This document shows positions 10,153-20,076 of a DNA stretch of 64,000 nt, one piece after another. The stretch covers positions 90,024 through 154,023 of the forward strand of contig CAWIEK010000057.1 of assembly GCA_963835065.1 (NCBI GenBank), given 5' to 3'. A program made the translations under genes and the position numbers. The notes beneath the pieces were generated by a model. That model had not been told where the DNA came from, ran no database searches, and was given only the letters and a program-made list of their open reading frames with translations. This DNA comes from an uncultured Chthonomonadaceae bacterium. Its GTDB lineage: Bacteria > Armatimonadota > Chthonomonadetes > Chthonomonadales > Chthonomonadaceae. Every line of letters starts with the position of its first letter. Positions within the stretch are counted from its first letter, which is position 1.

Positions 10153-10580
10153 CCTTCTGTTCCCTTGCTCACCGACAGTCCGGCATCGTGGAGGCACAAG
10201 TTGCGATGTTCTTCAACAAAGGCAAGCTGTTCGGATGTAAGAGAAGCAGACGCAGCAAGGCGGGCAAGAAGAGTGGCGGCGGAACGGAAGTCACGGAGTT
10301 GGCAGGCTTGCTGCGCTTGTTGGTACAGGGGATGGGCTTGCACAACAACAAGGGCGTTTTGTTGCGATGTGGGAGGAACAAGCGCGGCGGGATGTAGGCG
10401 CGGCACGGCGGCAGACGCCCGCTTGGACGCCAACGCGGCGGAAGGAGGCGCGTGGGAGCAGCCCGTCAGCAGGCACAGGCCGCAACAAAGCAAAGGAGAA
10501 CGAACACTACGCCATACGAACATCAGCAACCGCGCCTTTCCGAGATCAACCGGAAACACTTTGCCCAGGGCAAAGCGCAA
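10153..10580 (-). pseudogene. Truncated lipoprotein-like gene (lipobox, helical domain) ending at the heptamer element
   Basis: LCLLTGC lipobox and helical segment HPLYQQAQQACQLRDFRSAATLL. The frame then reads into repeat-derived sequence. Confidence 0.5.
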
Positions 10581-10854
10581 ACGTCAACAAACAACGTCAC
10601 AGGCAAACGGCAAACGCAATACAGCAAGGTAAAAATGACGGATTAGAACCGAAACATTTAGAACGATGCAGACGCATCCGACTAAATTGTGGGAAATCGG
10701 GAAACAGGAACAGCGTCGCCGCAAGTTTGATGCAGACACGCCTTTAGAATGATTTTCTTTCCGTTTTATGTCATTCAATGTCAGTAAACAGCGAACCGCC
10801 AATCACTAACCACCAACCACCTATTTCTTCCTGTCTGATTATTCCCGGATAAAA

Positions 10855-10888
10855 ATAACCGCCGCAGGCAATTGCCTGCGGCGGTTAT
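10855..10888. terminator. Perfect palindrome downstream of manC-pmm
   Basis: ataaccgccgcaggcaattgcctgcggcggttat, T-rich on the minus side. Confidence 0.65.
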
Positions 10889-10943
10889 ATGCTTCCTATC
10901 TTGGTCTGCGCCTATCAACTATCAACCACCGACTATCAACTCC

Positions 10944-13487
10944 TCATCCTCGCAAATGCTCCACTTTCTCCACATACCGGCAGAGCAGTTGGTTGGCGGT
11001 GTCGGGGTTATCGGCTTCGGCGTATATGTGGAAGAACGGCTCGGAAGCGTCCGGCAGCACGAGCGCCCAGTTGTGATTGCTCTGGAAGAACTTGATGCCG
11101 TCTATCAGTTCGACGTGTTCGCCGTTGTGACCGTTGTTGCTGTCGGCTTCTTTGGTCAGGACGCGCATGATGCGCCCCTTCATCTCCCACGGACAGCGCA
11201 CATTCGCCCGCACTACATGCGCAAGGGGCAGTTCCGAAGACAGTTCCGAAAGGCGCAGGTCGCTCACGGTCAGCATTTCCAGCAATTTGCCGAACGCGAA
11301 CATGGCGTCGTAACTGGGCTGGAACTCCGAAAAGATAAACCCGCCATTGTCATCCCCGGCGAAATCCACGCGCGCCGGCTGACTTGAACTGCCGGAACAC
11401 ATTTCCATCAGGTTGCGCGCGTCGGTTTTCGTGCGCTGCACGGTTGCCCCGTGCAGTTCCGCCAGCGATTCGATCATGCGCGGCGCGGTCACGGGCACGG
11501 CGATGCGGGCGCGCTCTTTGGTGCGCGCGACCAGGACCGCCATGATTGCCAGCAAATTGTTGTGGTCTATCACTTTGCCGTATTCATCAATCAGGGTCAT
11601 GCGTTCGCCGTCCGCCTCGAACAACACGCCCATATCGGCATGAAGGCTTTGCACGATCTGCGACAGATTGGGCAGCAGCGCGGCGCGGGCTTCGGGCGTT
11701 TTCGGCGTTTTGTTCACGTCCGCGTAAGCGTTCAGCGCGATGAGGTCAATGTCCATGCGCCCCAGCATCGTCGGGTACACGCTGCCCAGCCGCCCGAACG
11801 CGAAATCCGCCACCACTTTCAATTGGCGATTTTTTACGACATCGGCCTTGACATGGCGGTAGAAATCTTCGCCGTATTGTTCTACGCTGCGGCTGGAAAA
11901 TTGCAGTTCTCCCACCTGATCGGCGTCCACGCGGCGGAAATCTTCGCGGAAGAAAATGGTTTCCACCTTGCGCTCGGCGTTTTTGGACAGATAAATGCCA
12001 TGCTCGTCAAAGAACTCAATGACCAGCATCTTGGGATCGTTGGGCGCGAGCCGGATGTGAACGCCGCCTGTCGCCTGCGTCCCCAAAATTCCCAGACGCG
12101 CGACGGGCAGGGGCATGGAGCGCATATCCACGACATTGACGCCCACGGACAGCAGGCCGGAAATCATCGCCCGCTTCATCATGCGCGCGACCGGTCCCGA
12201 ATCGCGGTTGGTCACGACGGTTGCGCCTTTTTTGAGATAGCCGCCAAAGCTCGCGCCCAATTTGCAGGCGAAATCCGGCGTCATTTCGATGTTGGCGATG
12301 CCCATCACGCTGTTGTTGCGGAACAGCGACCCGGCCCACTTCTGTCCCCAGATCAGCGACATCGTGACCGTACTGCCCGCCTCGATGATTTTATCCGGCC
12401 ACAGTTTAATCTGAGTGCGGATGGTGGAATCGTCTTCGATGCGGCAGCGCGCCCCAATGACCGCGCCTTCCTGCACGTCGCAGTTGGCCTTGATGGTGGC
12501 ATACGAGCAGACCGTACACGCGCTTAACTGCGTGTCCACGCCCACGTACACGTTATCCCAAATTACGCTGCGATACAAACGCGCCTTTTCCTCGATGATG
12601 CAGTTGTCGCCGATAACGCTGTAGGGTCCCACAGTCGCTTCGGCTTTGATTTTGCAGTTGCGCCCAATAACGACGGGCGCGACGATATGGGCGCTGGGGT
12701 CAATGTCGCTGCCTTCGCCCACCCACACGCCGTTGCCCCGGCCTTCCGAGGAGCCGCTGCCGATACGGATGCGGGTTCTGCCGTCCAAAACCGTATACTG
12801 CGCTTCGCGGTACTGCTGCAAGTTGCCCACGTCGCACCAGTAATCCTCCGCCATCACATAGCCGAACATGGGCTTTTCTTCGGCCAGTATCTGCGGGAAA
12901 ATATCGTGGCTCCAGTCGTAATTCTTGCCCATCTCCATATAATCGAAAATGGACGGCTCCAGAATATACATGCCCGTGTTGACCGTATCGGAAAACACTT
13001 CGCCCCACGAAGGCTTTTCCAGAAAGCGGCGGATGTGGCCTTCGTCGTCGGTAATGACAACGCCGAACTCCAGGGGGTTCGGCACATGGGAAAGCACGAT
13101 GGTCGCCACGCTGTTCTTCTCGCGGTGGTAGGCAATGGCTTTGTCCAGGTCAATGTCGGTGAGCGCGTCGCCGCTGATGATGAGGAAGGTATCATCGCGC
13201 AGGTGTTCTTCCGCCTGCTTTACGCTGCCCGCCGTTCCCAAAGGCGTATCTTCCACCGAATAGATAAAATTGACGCCCCACTCGGCCCCATCGCCGAAAT
13301 AGCCTTCGATCTCATCCGCCAGATAGTGAAGCGTGACAACGATGTCGGTTATGTCGTGTTCCTTGAGGAGCAGGACGATATGCTCCATAATCGGAATGTT
13401 GAGCGCGGGCGCAAGCGGCTTGGGGCGCTGGGAAGTCAAGGGCCGCAGGCGCGTACCCTCCCCGCCGGCCATGATGACGGCTTTCAT
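10944..13487 (-). CDS. Bifunctional mannose-1-phosphate guanylyltransferase / phosphomannomutase-like protein
   Basis: MKAVIMAGGEGTRLRPLT..PKP nucleotidyltransferase motif, hexapeptide left-handed beta-helix, C-terminal PGM/PMM-like domains. Confidence 0.93.
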   Translation of the reverse strand: MKAVIMAGGEGTRLRPLTSQRPKPLAPALNIPIMEHIVLLLKEHDITDIVVTLHYLADEIEGYFGDGAEWGVNFIYSVEDTPLGTAGSVKQAEEHLRDDTFLIISGDALTDIDLDKAIAYHREKNSVATIVLSHVPNPLEFGVVITDDEGHIRRFLEKPSWGEVFSDTVNTGMYILEPSIFDYMEMGKNYDWSHDIFPQILAEEKPMFGYVMAEDYWCDVGNLQQYREAQYTVLDGRTRIRIGSGSSEGRGNGVWVGEGSDIDPSAHIVAPVVIGRNCKIKAEATVGPYSVIGDNCIIEEKARLYRSVIWDNVYVGVDTQLSACTVCSYATIKANCDVQEGAVIGARCRIEDDSTIRTQIKLWPDKIIEAGSTVTMSLIWGQKWAGSLFRNNSVMGIANIEMTPDFACKLGASFGGYLKKGATVVTNRDSGPVARMMKRAMISGLLSVGVNVVDMRSMPLPVARLGILGTQATGGVHIRLAPNDPKMLVIEFFDEHGIYLSKNAERKVETIFFREDFRRVDADQVGELQFSSRSVEQYGEDFYRHVKADVVKNRQLKVVADFAFGRLGSVYPTMLGRMDIDLIALNAYADVNKTPKTPEARAALLPNLSQIVQSLHADMGVLFEADGERMTLIDEYGKVIDHNNLLAIMAVLVARTKERARIAVPVTAPRMIESLAELHGATVQRTKTDARNLMEMCSGSSSQPARVDFAGDDNGGFIFSEFQPSYDAMFAFGKLLEMLTVSDLRLSELSSELPLAHVVRANVRCPWEMKGRIMRVLTKEADSNNGHNGEHVELIDGIKFFQSNHNWALVLPDASEPFFHIYAEADNPDTANQLLCRYVEKVEHLRG

Positions 13488-13884
13488 ACGAATCCCCCAT
13501 TATCCGCGATACGCTTCCAAAGCATGGTGCGTATCGCCAGTGTGCGATGTTTGATTTTGGCTATTCGGCCCACAGCGCGCCGTTTGCCCATGCGAGACTA
13601 CAGCGAGACGGCCTCCGTGCCGTACAAAACAGTCTCATTTCTGTAAGAAAAAGGCGGCGCTATGCCGTTGAATTTGAATTCCGTGTTAATGCTAATACGG
13701 CGACAGTATAAATTTTGCAGCAATGTTGTGGCGGAAATGGCGGAAATCGCATTGGATATTGCTTCGAAAATTTTCTCTACGCGCATTTTTCACAGAGCGG
13801 TATTAAGAGCGCATGGTATCCGACATATTCTGTCAATCCTGCTTGATGGCATGGCTGCCCGGCATCCTTTTGTTACTCGGCTTA

Positions 13885-14340
13885 TTAGTCGGCAGGGGAA
13901 GGCTCGGCGCGCAGGCAGCGGTCCGCAACGCCCAGGCACAGCAGGACGCCGCCAATCAATCCGACCACTACGCCCGGAAGCAGGGCAAAACGTGTCAGGG
14001 CGATAATCACGCAGGCAAACGCGCCTGCGCCCCCGACGGCGGCCAGCGCAATCCGATTTCTGGCCGTCGCATCCCACAGCAGCGTACACGCGCACAGCGC
14101 GGCGCAGATCGTCAGCGGCAAGGCGCAGCCCGCGCCAAAGCCATTGTGCTGTACGGTCAGGCTTTCCACATGCACGGCCCCAACCGGGAAAGTCGGAAAC
14201 TGCTCCGGGCGCTGCACCTTCCAGGTCAGAAACAGGCTGGAAATAACCGTTACCATGCCAAGCAGGATGGCCGCCTCGGCCCGCGTCAAAAAGCGGCGCA
14301 TCGCAGGCGGCGCAAAGGGTTTTGGTTGTGGCCCGGACAT
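13885..14340 (-). CDS. Small membrane protein
   Basis: About four hydrophobic segments. GGAGA RBS before ATG 14340. Confidence 0.65.
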   Translation of the reverse strand: MSGPQPKPFAPPAMRRFLTRAEAAILLGMVTVISSLFLTWKVQRPEQFPTFPVGAVHVESLTVQHNGFGAGCALPLTICAALCACTLLWDATARNRIALAAVGGAGAFACVIIALTRFALLPGVVVGLIGGVLLCLGVADRCLRAEPSPAD

Positions 14341-14705
14341 AGCTAAATTCTCCCCGAAAACGTTCCCGCAATCCTCATTTACTTCTCGCCCCGTGAAATC
14401 AATTTCTCTCCACGCGCACATGAGCAGAGAACAGGCCGCGCGATTGGAAACCAAAACTACATTCGACACCGTATGCGGCAACTCCTTGTTCGTAAAATGA
14501 AAATTTCTCATCTCAGGCCGCGCATTTTGCGGGAGTTGGTATTTTGCATGATTTAGCCCTATTTTCTGGTAAAAAGGAGAAAAATGTCTGTAATTTAGAG
14601 GTGGAAGCGCGTGAGAAGGCTTGCGTTTGGCGCAAGTCTATGCTATCATAGCCGCATTGTAACCCTGTCTCAAGCAAACGCAAACTCACCGGCAAGGAGA
14701 ACCTC

Positions 14706-15065
14706 ATGGCGTATTCGCACAAAAGCAACAAATCCGGCACGACCTACTACTTACATTCTAAAGAAACCGAGTCGCGCGGCGGTAAGCGCACCCTGTTTTT
14801 CTTCAGCAAAGAAGTGAAAGAGGCGAAAGACGGCACGCTCCCCCTCGACGCGGTTCCCGAAGGCTACACCGTGACGGAAAGCGCGCAAACCGGCCTGCCG
14901 CTGCTCAAGAAGGCGGACAAAGGCGAAGCGGCGGAAGCGCCTGCCGCAGCGGAAAAGCCCGCCAAAGCAGACAAGCCCGCCAAAGCGCCTGCGGCGGCGA
15001 AAGCGGACAAACCGGCAAAAACGGAAGCGGCTGCAAAAACCGATAAGAGCAAAGCGAAAAAATGA
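14706..15065 (+). CDS. Small basic protein with histone-H1-like Ala/Lys/Pro tail
   Basis: AAGGAG RBS. Globular GTTYYLHSK...RGGK.TLFFFSK...PEGY.V.E...TGLP.LKK core, followed by (A/D)KPAKA repeats. Confidence 0.8.
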   Translation: MAYSHKSNKSGTTYYLHSKETESRGGKRTLFFFSKEVKEAKDGTLPLDAVPEGYTVTESAQTGLPLLKKADKGEAAEAPAAAEKPAKADKPAKAPAAAKADKPAKTEAAAKTDKSKAKK

Positions 15066-15316
15066 GCGCGGCCAATGACGGCAAGCGTCAGGGCGCAGAT
15101 GTTGTGGTGCAGGGGTATTGTGTCCACTGCCGCAGCCGGCGTCAGATGGTGGGCGCAATTCAAGTCTGCAACAAGCGCGGCGGACGCGACCTGAAGGGAC
15201 TTTGCAGCATTTGCGGCAAATCCATGTACCGTCTGGGCGGTTGGGATTCCGTTGTCGCCGCCGCGCAGGAAACCGACAAAAACAGCCGCACTCAGAACAC
15301 TCCACCAGAAGAGTAG
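15062..15316 (+). CDS. DUF5679-like zinc-ribbon protein
   Basis: YCVHCR...M...KGLCSICGKSMYRLG. ATGA overlap with upstream gene. Confidence 0.78.
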   Translation: MSAANDGKRQGADVVVQGYCVHCRSRRQMVGAIQVCNKRGGRDLKGLCSICGKSMYRLGGWDSVVAAAQETDKNSRTQNTPPEE

Positions 15317-15334
15317 TACAGCAAATGTTTTGAA

Positions 15335-15377
15335 AAATGCCTGCCTCCTTCCATTATCGGAAGAAGGCAGGCATTTT
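15335..15377. terminator. Bidirectional terminator-like hairpin
   Basis: aaaatgcctgcc...ggcaggcatttt between convergent genes. Confidence 0.65.
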
Positions 15378-15496
15378 CATAACTCACTTAAAATCGTTTG
15401 ACAATGCCACGAACATGGCCCATAATTCCGCATGATTGCCGCGTCACCGCCACTGCGTTTCCTGGACACTAACGTCTGTATTGACATTGTTCTGGC

Positions 15497-15832
15497 TCAG
15501 GCGACGGCGAATTCTCCCACCTGGCGCAACGGCAAAGAGTAAAATCCCAGCACGATACGGTCTTTCGGTACGCCTTCCGCCACCAGTTCGGAAGCGATGC
15601 CTTCTTCCGTATTGTCGGTCAACACCCATATTTTGCCGTCCCGTATCTCCAGATAGGCAAGCAGCCGCGCGTCATAGCGATCTCCGGCAAAACTGACGTT
15701 TTGTAGTGTGTAGCGGTCGTGCGGCGCGTCCTGTACGCTGACGATTTTCCAGTCACTCGGCATACGCGGCAGCTTTTCCCATTCAGCAAACACGCGCCCA
15801 ATCGCTTCGCGCAAAGTGTCTACGATTTCCAT
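15497..15832 (-). CDS. xisI: XisI family protein
   Basis: DRYTL...LEIRDGKIWVLTDNTEEGIASELVAEGVPKDRIVLGF is the canonical XisI C-terminus. Confidence 0.9.
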   Translation of the reverse strand: MEIVDTLREAIGRVFAEWEKLPRMPSDWKIVSVQDAPHDRYTLQNVSFAGDRYDARLLAYLEIRDGKIWVLTDNTEEGIASELVAEGVPKDRIVLGFYSLPLRQVGEFAVA

Positions 15833-16178
15833 GCTACAATCTCCTCGCGTTCCACTGAAAAATAAAAACTGAAAAATAAAACAGGCGGTTTATATGCTCC
15901 TTCAGCATCAACTGTCCTAATTCCTCGCTTAAAATGGAATCGCGCACTTCTTCGGAAACAGCAAGATAAAGTTCTCGATCCGGTTCTACCTGTGACAGAA
16001 TACTTTTGTACATGAGGAACTGGCCCATAGCCTGCTGCAAGTCAGCGACGGGCGAGGCGCCGCCAAAGGTTTTAATCTCTACTGCAATTCGCTTCGTATC
16101 GCGCTCTGCCCCGATCAACACCCTTTCCGCTCCTACATCAACCGAAAGTGTTCGCTTGCCAACGACAAAGAAGGAATG
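15820..16178 (-). pseudogene. xisH: XisH family gene, 5'-truncated and frameshifted by a 14-bp tandem duplication
   Basis: VDVGAERVLIGAE....IAVEIKTF.G.SPV.DL..A.GQ...Y...L...EPDRELYLAV. ACTGAAAAATAAAA occurs twice (15854-15881); removing one copy restores EREEIVAWKS*. Confidence 0.85.
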
Positions 16179-16454
16179 CCGTATGCTAAAGTATTATATC
16201 TGACCCTTCAACGATGAAGTGACAGATACTATTTTCTAACGACGCCTCTAATATACGATTGAGGACGTACTTCTTTAAGGCAAATGGTTGTTGAGCCAAG
16301 CGTAGAAAGTCAAACATCACTATCCCTAGCTCCTTACCATTAGACATAGGGTTCTGTCCGCCAATTTCGCGTTGTATGCGTTTTAGCAGAAGCGCGGCTT
16401 CTTTACCTGACACATCAATGCGAAAGATTAAGCCACCGGGGAATGGCTGCTCTT

Positions 16455-17112
16455 GCTGGTGAAAACCGCAGGCGTCATACGAGTACAGGATACTCCCGCC
16501 CATGAGTGTGCAGCTCAGGCTTTTGCGGTGTCCATCCGGGTAGTAATCGTATTCCAGCGTGAACACATAGGGCATCGCGGCGTATTTGGTTGTCGCCGTC
16601 AGCACGTTGCCCAGGCAGTCGTAGGTATACGACAGGGTAAGCCTGCTGTCCTGCGCGCTTTTCACGCGGCCAAACGCATCGTATTCGTAATGTACGGACG
16701 GCAGCGCGTTTTGCCCGTACTGCACGTCGGTCACGCGGCTGTCATCGGGGGCGCGGGTGTACCACGTATCGCGGTCCTGCTCGTCCAGCGTGTGCGCGAC
16801 ATTGCCTTCGGGATCGTAATCGGCCTGCAGCCTCTGGCTGTTCTTGTTGATGACCTGCCGCAGATTGCCCACATTGTCGTAAACATGCTGAAACGTTCTG
16901 CCGTTGCCGTCTGTCAGCTGGCGCAGGCGGCTCAGGCCATCGTACTGGAGCCGCGCCTGCTCGCCGCTGCCCTGCTGCATCGTGGACGCGCCCTCGCCGT
17001 TCAAACTCACGCCTTCCTGCCGTACCGCCATTCCGTTGCCCGCGTACAACACCGTGCCAACCGCCGGCCTGCCGGGATAAGCATACGCACTCACAACATA
17101 GCTGCGCCCCAT
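16455..17112 (-). pseudogene. RHS/YD-repeat gene fragment
   Basis: YDGLSRL, YDNVGNL, YDPEGNV, YDAFGRV, YDCLGNV repeats. No RHS start or core end. Fused in frame to low-GC sequence at 16186-16450. Confidence 0.8.
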
Positions 17113-17149
17113 GTTAAAATCGCAACCTTTTCCATGCCAGCCCTGTCTT

Positions 17150-17980
17150 ATGAGCAACAAGGAAATAGTAGGCCGAATTCATCGAGCAAGCAAGCAAAAA
17201 TTTTAGAGGAATTTTCAGGCAATGATAGAAGACGCGAGGCACATCTTTACCGATGCCTATTTTCGATGGCAAGATGGACTAATAGTAGCAAGCCACTTCC
17301 GGCAAGTGACTCGAACAAGTGTGCCATTGGGAAGAGAAGCAGCATTCCAACATGCAATGAACATTGCACAAAACCATCCTCAGATGGTCAGCATGTTTCA
17401 AAATCAGAACCTTTCTCAAAATGCAGAGATGCAAAATATCTTTGCGAACAAGGCGGCTGATGTTTTTGCAGAAAATGTAATTACCGCTATCAATGCTGCC
17501 TCACTGTTGTTCATTTACGCCACATTGGACAGCGTACTGAGCGACCATCTGCATTGTTCGGCCTTGATAGCCTGTCACGACTGGAAATCAGTGATCGTAA
17601 ACGACAAATTTACTGCCGAGCAATTCGCTGGCCTATCGGACGATGAACTCGCAAGGAAGGTGCATAAATGCCGGTTAAACCTCAAAGAACGAAGCGGATT
17701 GTCGGCAAAGGCTGAGGCTCTCTGCAAAATCTGCAATCCGTCTGTTGACCTTATGAGCAAAGAAGGTATTATTTACGACAGCAAGCGTTTATATCAACTG
17801 ACTCAAGCCCGCAATGAGATTGCGCATGGGGATGGGTTACGGAAACCTATTCCTGATTTCGAGGATGAGTTGCGCTTTCTGATCTGATGCGGCAACTATT
17901 TCTTCAAAGCGACCCAAGCAAAATATAACCTGTCGCTAGATTGGCAATACTACATGAACAAACACTCGGCATCAGGATAG
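17150..17980 (+). pseudogene. Low-GC HEPN-like protein (core ORF 17222-17887) with in-frame TAG and TGA stops
   Basis: ARNEIAHGDG RX4H motif. Upstream ATG 17150 and downstream CGNYFFK...SASG* are in frame across single stops. Confidence 0.55.
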
Positions 17981-18334
17981 CTCCGCAAGGGCTTGTTGAA
18001 GCTGTTCTTCGGTTTCATCGCCCGGCCACTTGCCGGAAACCATGTCCGCCAGCGTTTTACCCGGCGGCGGCGTTCTTCTCGGCTGATAGCGTTCCATTGC
18101 GCGTTGCTGTGCCTGCGCAAGTTGTTCCGGCGTACGGTGCGTCATTTCGTAAATGGCGCGTTCCAATGGCGTTTGCTCCTGCATTTCTGCCTCCTGCGCA
18201 TCTATTGTTTGCGTTGTCTCAATATGTACTTGTACCACATCGCCAGGATGCAATCCTAATTCAGCAACCATTTCTTTCGGAACAGTAAGCGAACCATCCC
18301 CCGTAAGTGGGGCGGCAAAAGCAATAGCCGTCAT
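17972..18334 (-). CDS. AbrB/MazE-like DNA-binding antitoxin, no adjacent toxin
   Basis: GSLTVPKEMVAELGLHPGDVVQV AbrB signature, C-terminal GKWPGDET motif. Confidence 0.75.
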   Translation of the reverse strand: MTAIAFAAPLTGDGSLTVPKEMVAELGLHPGDVVQVHIETTQTIDAQEAEMQEQTPLERAIYEMTHRTPEQLAQAQQRAMERYQPRRTPPPGKTLADMVSGKWPGDETEEQLQQALAELS

Positions 18335-18696
18335 GCCTCTTTCCTCCTCAGAACCGAATGTCGTATTGCACAGTATACCATGCCGCAATATGTGATGACA
18401 AAAAGTAAAAGCGCAGGTTTCCTTGTTCGAAAGAACCTGCGCTTTATACATAGAGGATAGAGTCTATACTTCTGGCGCGATGCTTTTGCAGGCGGGGGCG
18501 GCTAGTATTACAACGACGGGTTTGGGGTAAAATGTAAAATCCCTATTCGGCATGGCGGGAGAGGCTGCAACCCTGACCGCCTTTTTCATTCACACCCAAT
18601 CACACCATAAAAGCATGTATTGGCTCATGTTTTTCAGAAAATAGTTTGAAGGTGTCCATACTTTTTGGTATACTGTCTGGCAGGGATGATAAAGAT

Positions 18697-18924
18697 ATGC
18701 TCACAGTTCAGCAGGTGGCAGAAATGCTTGGAGTGAACCAGAACTCTGTTTACCTCGCTGCCAGTGAGGGACCTTTGCCCTACTCAGAAATGTTGGGGCG
18801 CAAAGTCATTGTCCGTGCTGATGCAGAGGCGTACCAAGAACGTACCCGCGTCAGTGGCGAGAAGCCGAAGGGCAGGCCGAAGGGAAGTGCGAACCGGAAG
18901 AAGATAGACGCAGGAGAAAGTTAA
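18697..18924 (+). CDS. Excisionase-like HTH_17 protein with AT-hook tail
   Basis: MLTVQQVAEMLGVNQNSVY...G.LP; C-terminal KGRPKG. Confidence 0.8.
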   Translation: MLTVQQVAEMLGVNQNSVYLAASEGPLPYSEMLGRKVIVRADAEAYQERTRVSGEKPKGRPKGSANRKKIDAGES

Positions 18925-18927
18925 ATA

Positions 18928-19896
18928 ATGGCTTCTTTCACATTCCAAATAAAATTAATGGTTTCGCGCAGTATTGCTATTGTTAGTGAACAGCAGGTTT
19001 TAGAACTTGCTAGACCTAGTGAAAACACGGTTATTACTCTTGAATCTCTCATTGATAAGTCTATACAACAAGCGTCTTTCCTACGTGTTAAAGGTACAGG
19101 TTACCACTCAGAGGAGGCAGCCTTTGAAGCAGGGCAGACTTGGCTTCGAGTTTTGATGCTGACTTTGGCAAGAGTACGCATGGGCACAGACTTCAGCAGG
19201 GCTAAGCCATCGGCGGCTTTTATACCCGCCAATTATCCTTCCGCATCGTATGAAGGTGTAAAAGAAATACCAGAGAGACAATTAGTAGATACCACATATG
19301 GAATTGTAGTATACGATGCTGACAAACTTACCCGTTTTGCCGGGACTGGAAGTGCAATCCATGCAATCCATTCCGTACTAGGTGAGAATCTGGTTCGACT
19401 AGCCAACAACATCAAGGAGAGGTTTCCCACAATAAATCTTAAAGAGGAAATTGCCTTTGAACTTTTCAATGCTTCCTTTTTTGAGGTTTCAACACGCACA
19501 CGATTCTTATTGCTTGTTATGGCAATTGAGGCACTAATTGAACTCACGCCGCAAAGCGATCAGGCAATAAAGCATGTCGAATTCCTAATGCTACAAACTA
19601 AGAATTCTCTCACGCTTTCAGCTAGCGAGAAAGCGTCCTTTACTGGCAGTTTACGATATATGCTGAACAAGTCAATTGGTAAAAGAGGCCGTGATTATGT
19701 TGCGCAGCGTCTTGGAGACCGCCAGTATCAAGGTAAACAGGCTGAGAATTTCTTTACATACTGTTATAGTCTGCGTAGCGAACTTGTTCATGAAGGCCAA
19801 ACAGAAGCAGGCATTAATATGAAGGCACTGGTATATATTTTGGAAGGGTTTGTGTCAGACCTGTTATGCGCAAACATCCTAGACATTCCTAAATGA
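18928..19896 (+). CDS. ApeA-like HEPN domain protein (putative defence RNase)
   Basis: RFLLLVMAIEALI and YSLRSELVHEG (E...RX4H) HEPN motifs. AT-rich. Starts 3 bp after the HTH gene. Confidence 0.72.
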   Translation: MASFTFQIKLMVSRSIAIVSEQQVLELARPSENTVITLESLIDKSIQQASFLRVKGTGYHSEEAAFEAGQTWLRVLMLTLARVRMGTDFSRAKPSAAFIPANYPSASYEGVKEIPERQLVDTTYGIVVYDADKLTRFAGTGSAIHAIHSVLGENLVRLANNIKERFPTINLKEEIAFELFNASFFEVSTRTRFLLLVMAIEALIELTPQSDQAIKHVEFLMLQTKNSLTLSASEKASFTGSLRYMLNKSIGKRGRDYVAQRLGDRQYQGKQAENFFTYCYSLRSELVHEGQTEAGINMKALVYILEGFVSDLLCANILDIPK

Positions 19897-20011
19897 CTTA
19901 ACTATAGTGATTGAGAAGAGCCTATTTGACAGTGGCATTGCAAGCCCTTCCCCATCGGCGGGGCTTGCAGCATTTACACCGGGCACACTCAACGCAGGAG
20001 GCAAGACAGCC

Positions 20012-20076
20012 ATGCACACCTTCATTACGGTTCCCGAAGCCGCCGACCTATGGGCTACAGGCCGCGCACAAGTCTT
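20012..20076 (+). pseudogene. Start of a second excisionase-like HTH gene, cut off by the convergent nuclease gene
   Basis: AGGAGG RBS, then MHTFITVPEAADLWATGRAQVF. Confidence 0.4.

Noticed and set aside
8313..10580. 755-aa lipoprotein-LuxR-propeller fusion
   Set aside because: The linker is translated heptamer repeat and promoter-like DNA, and an internal RBS/ATG exists at 9947. Treated as two units.
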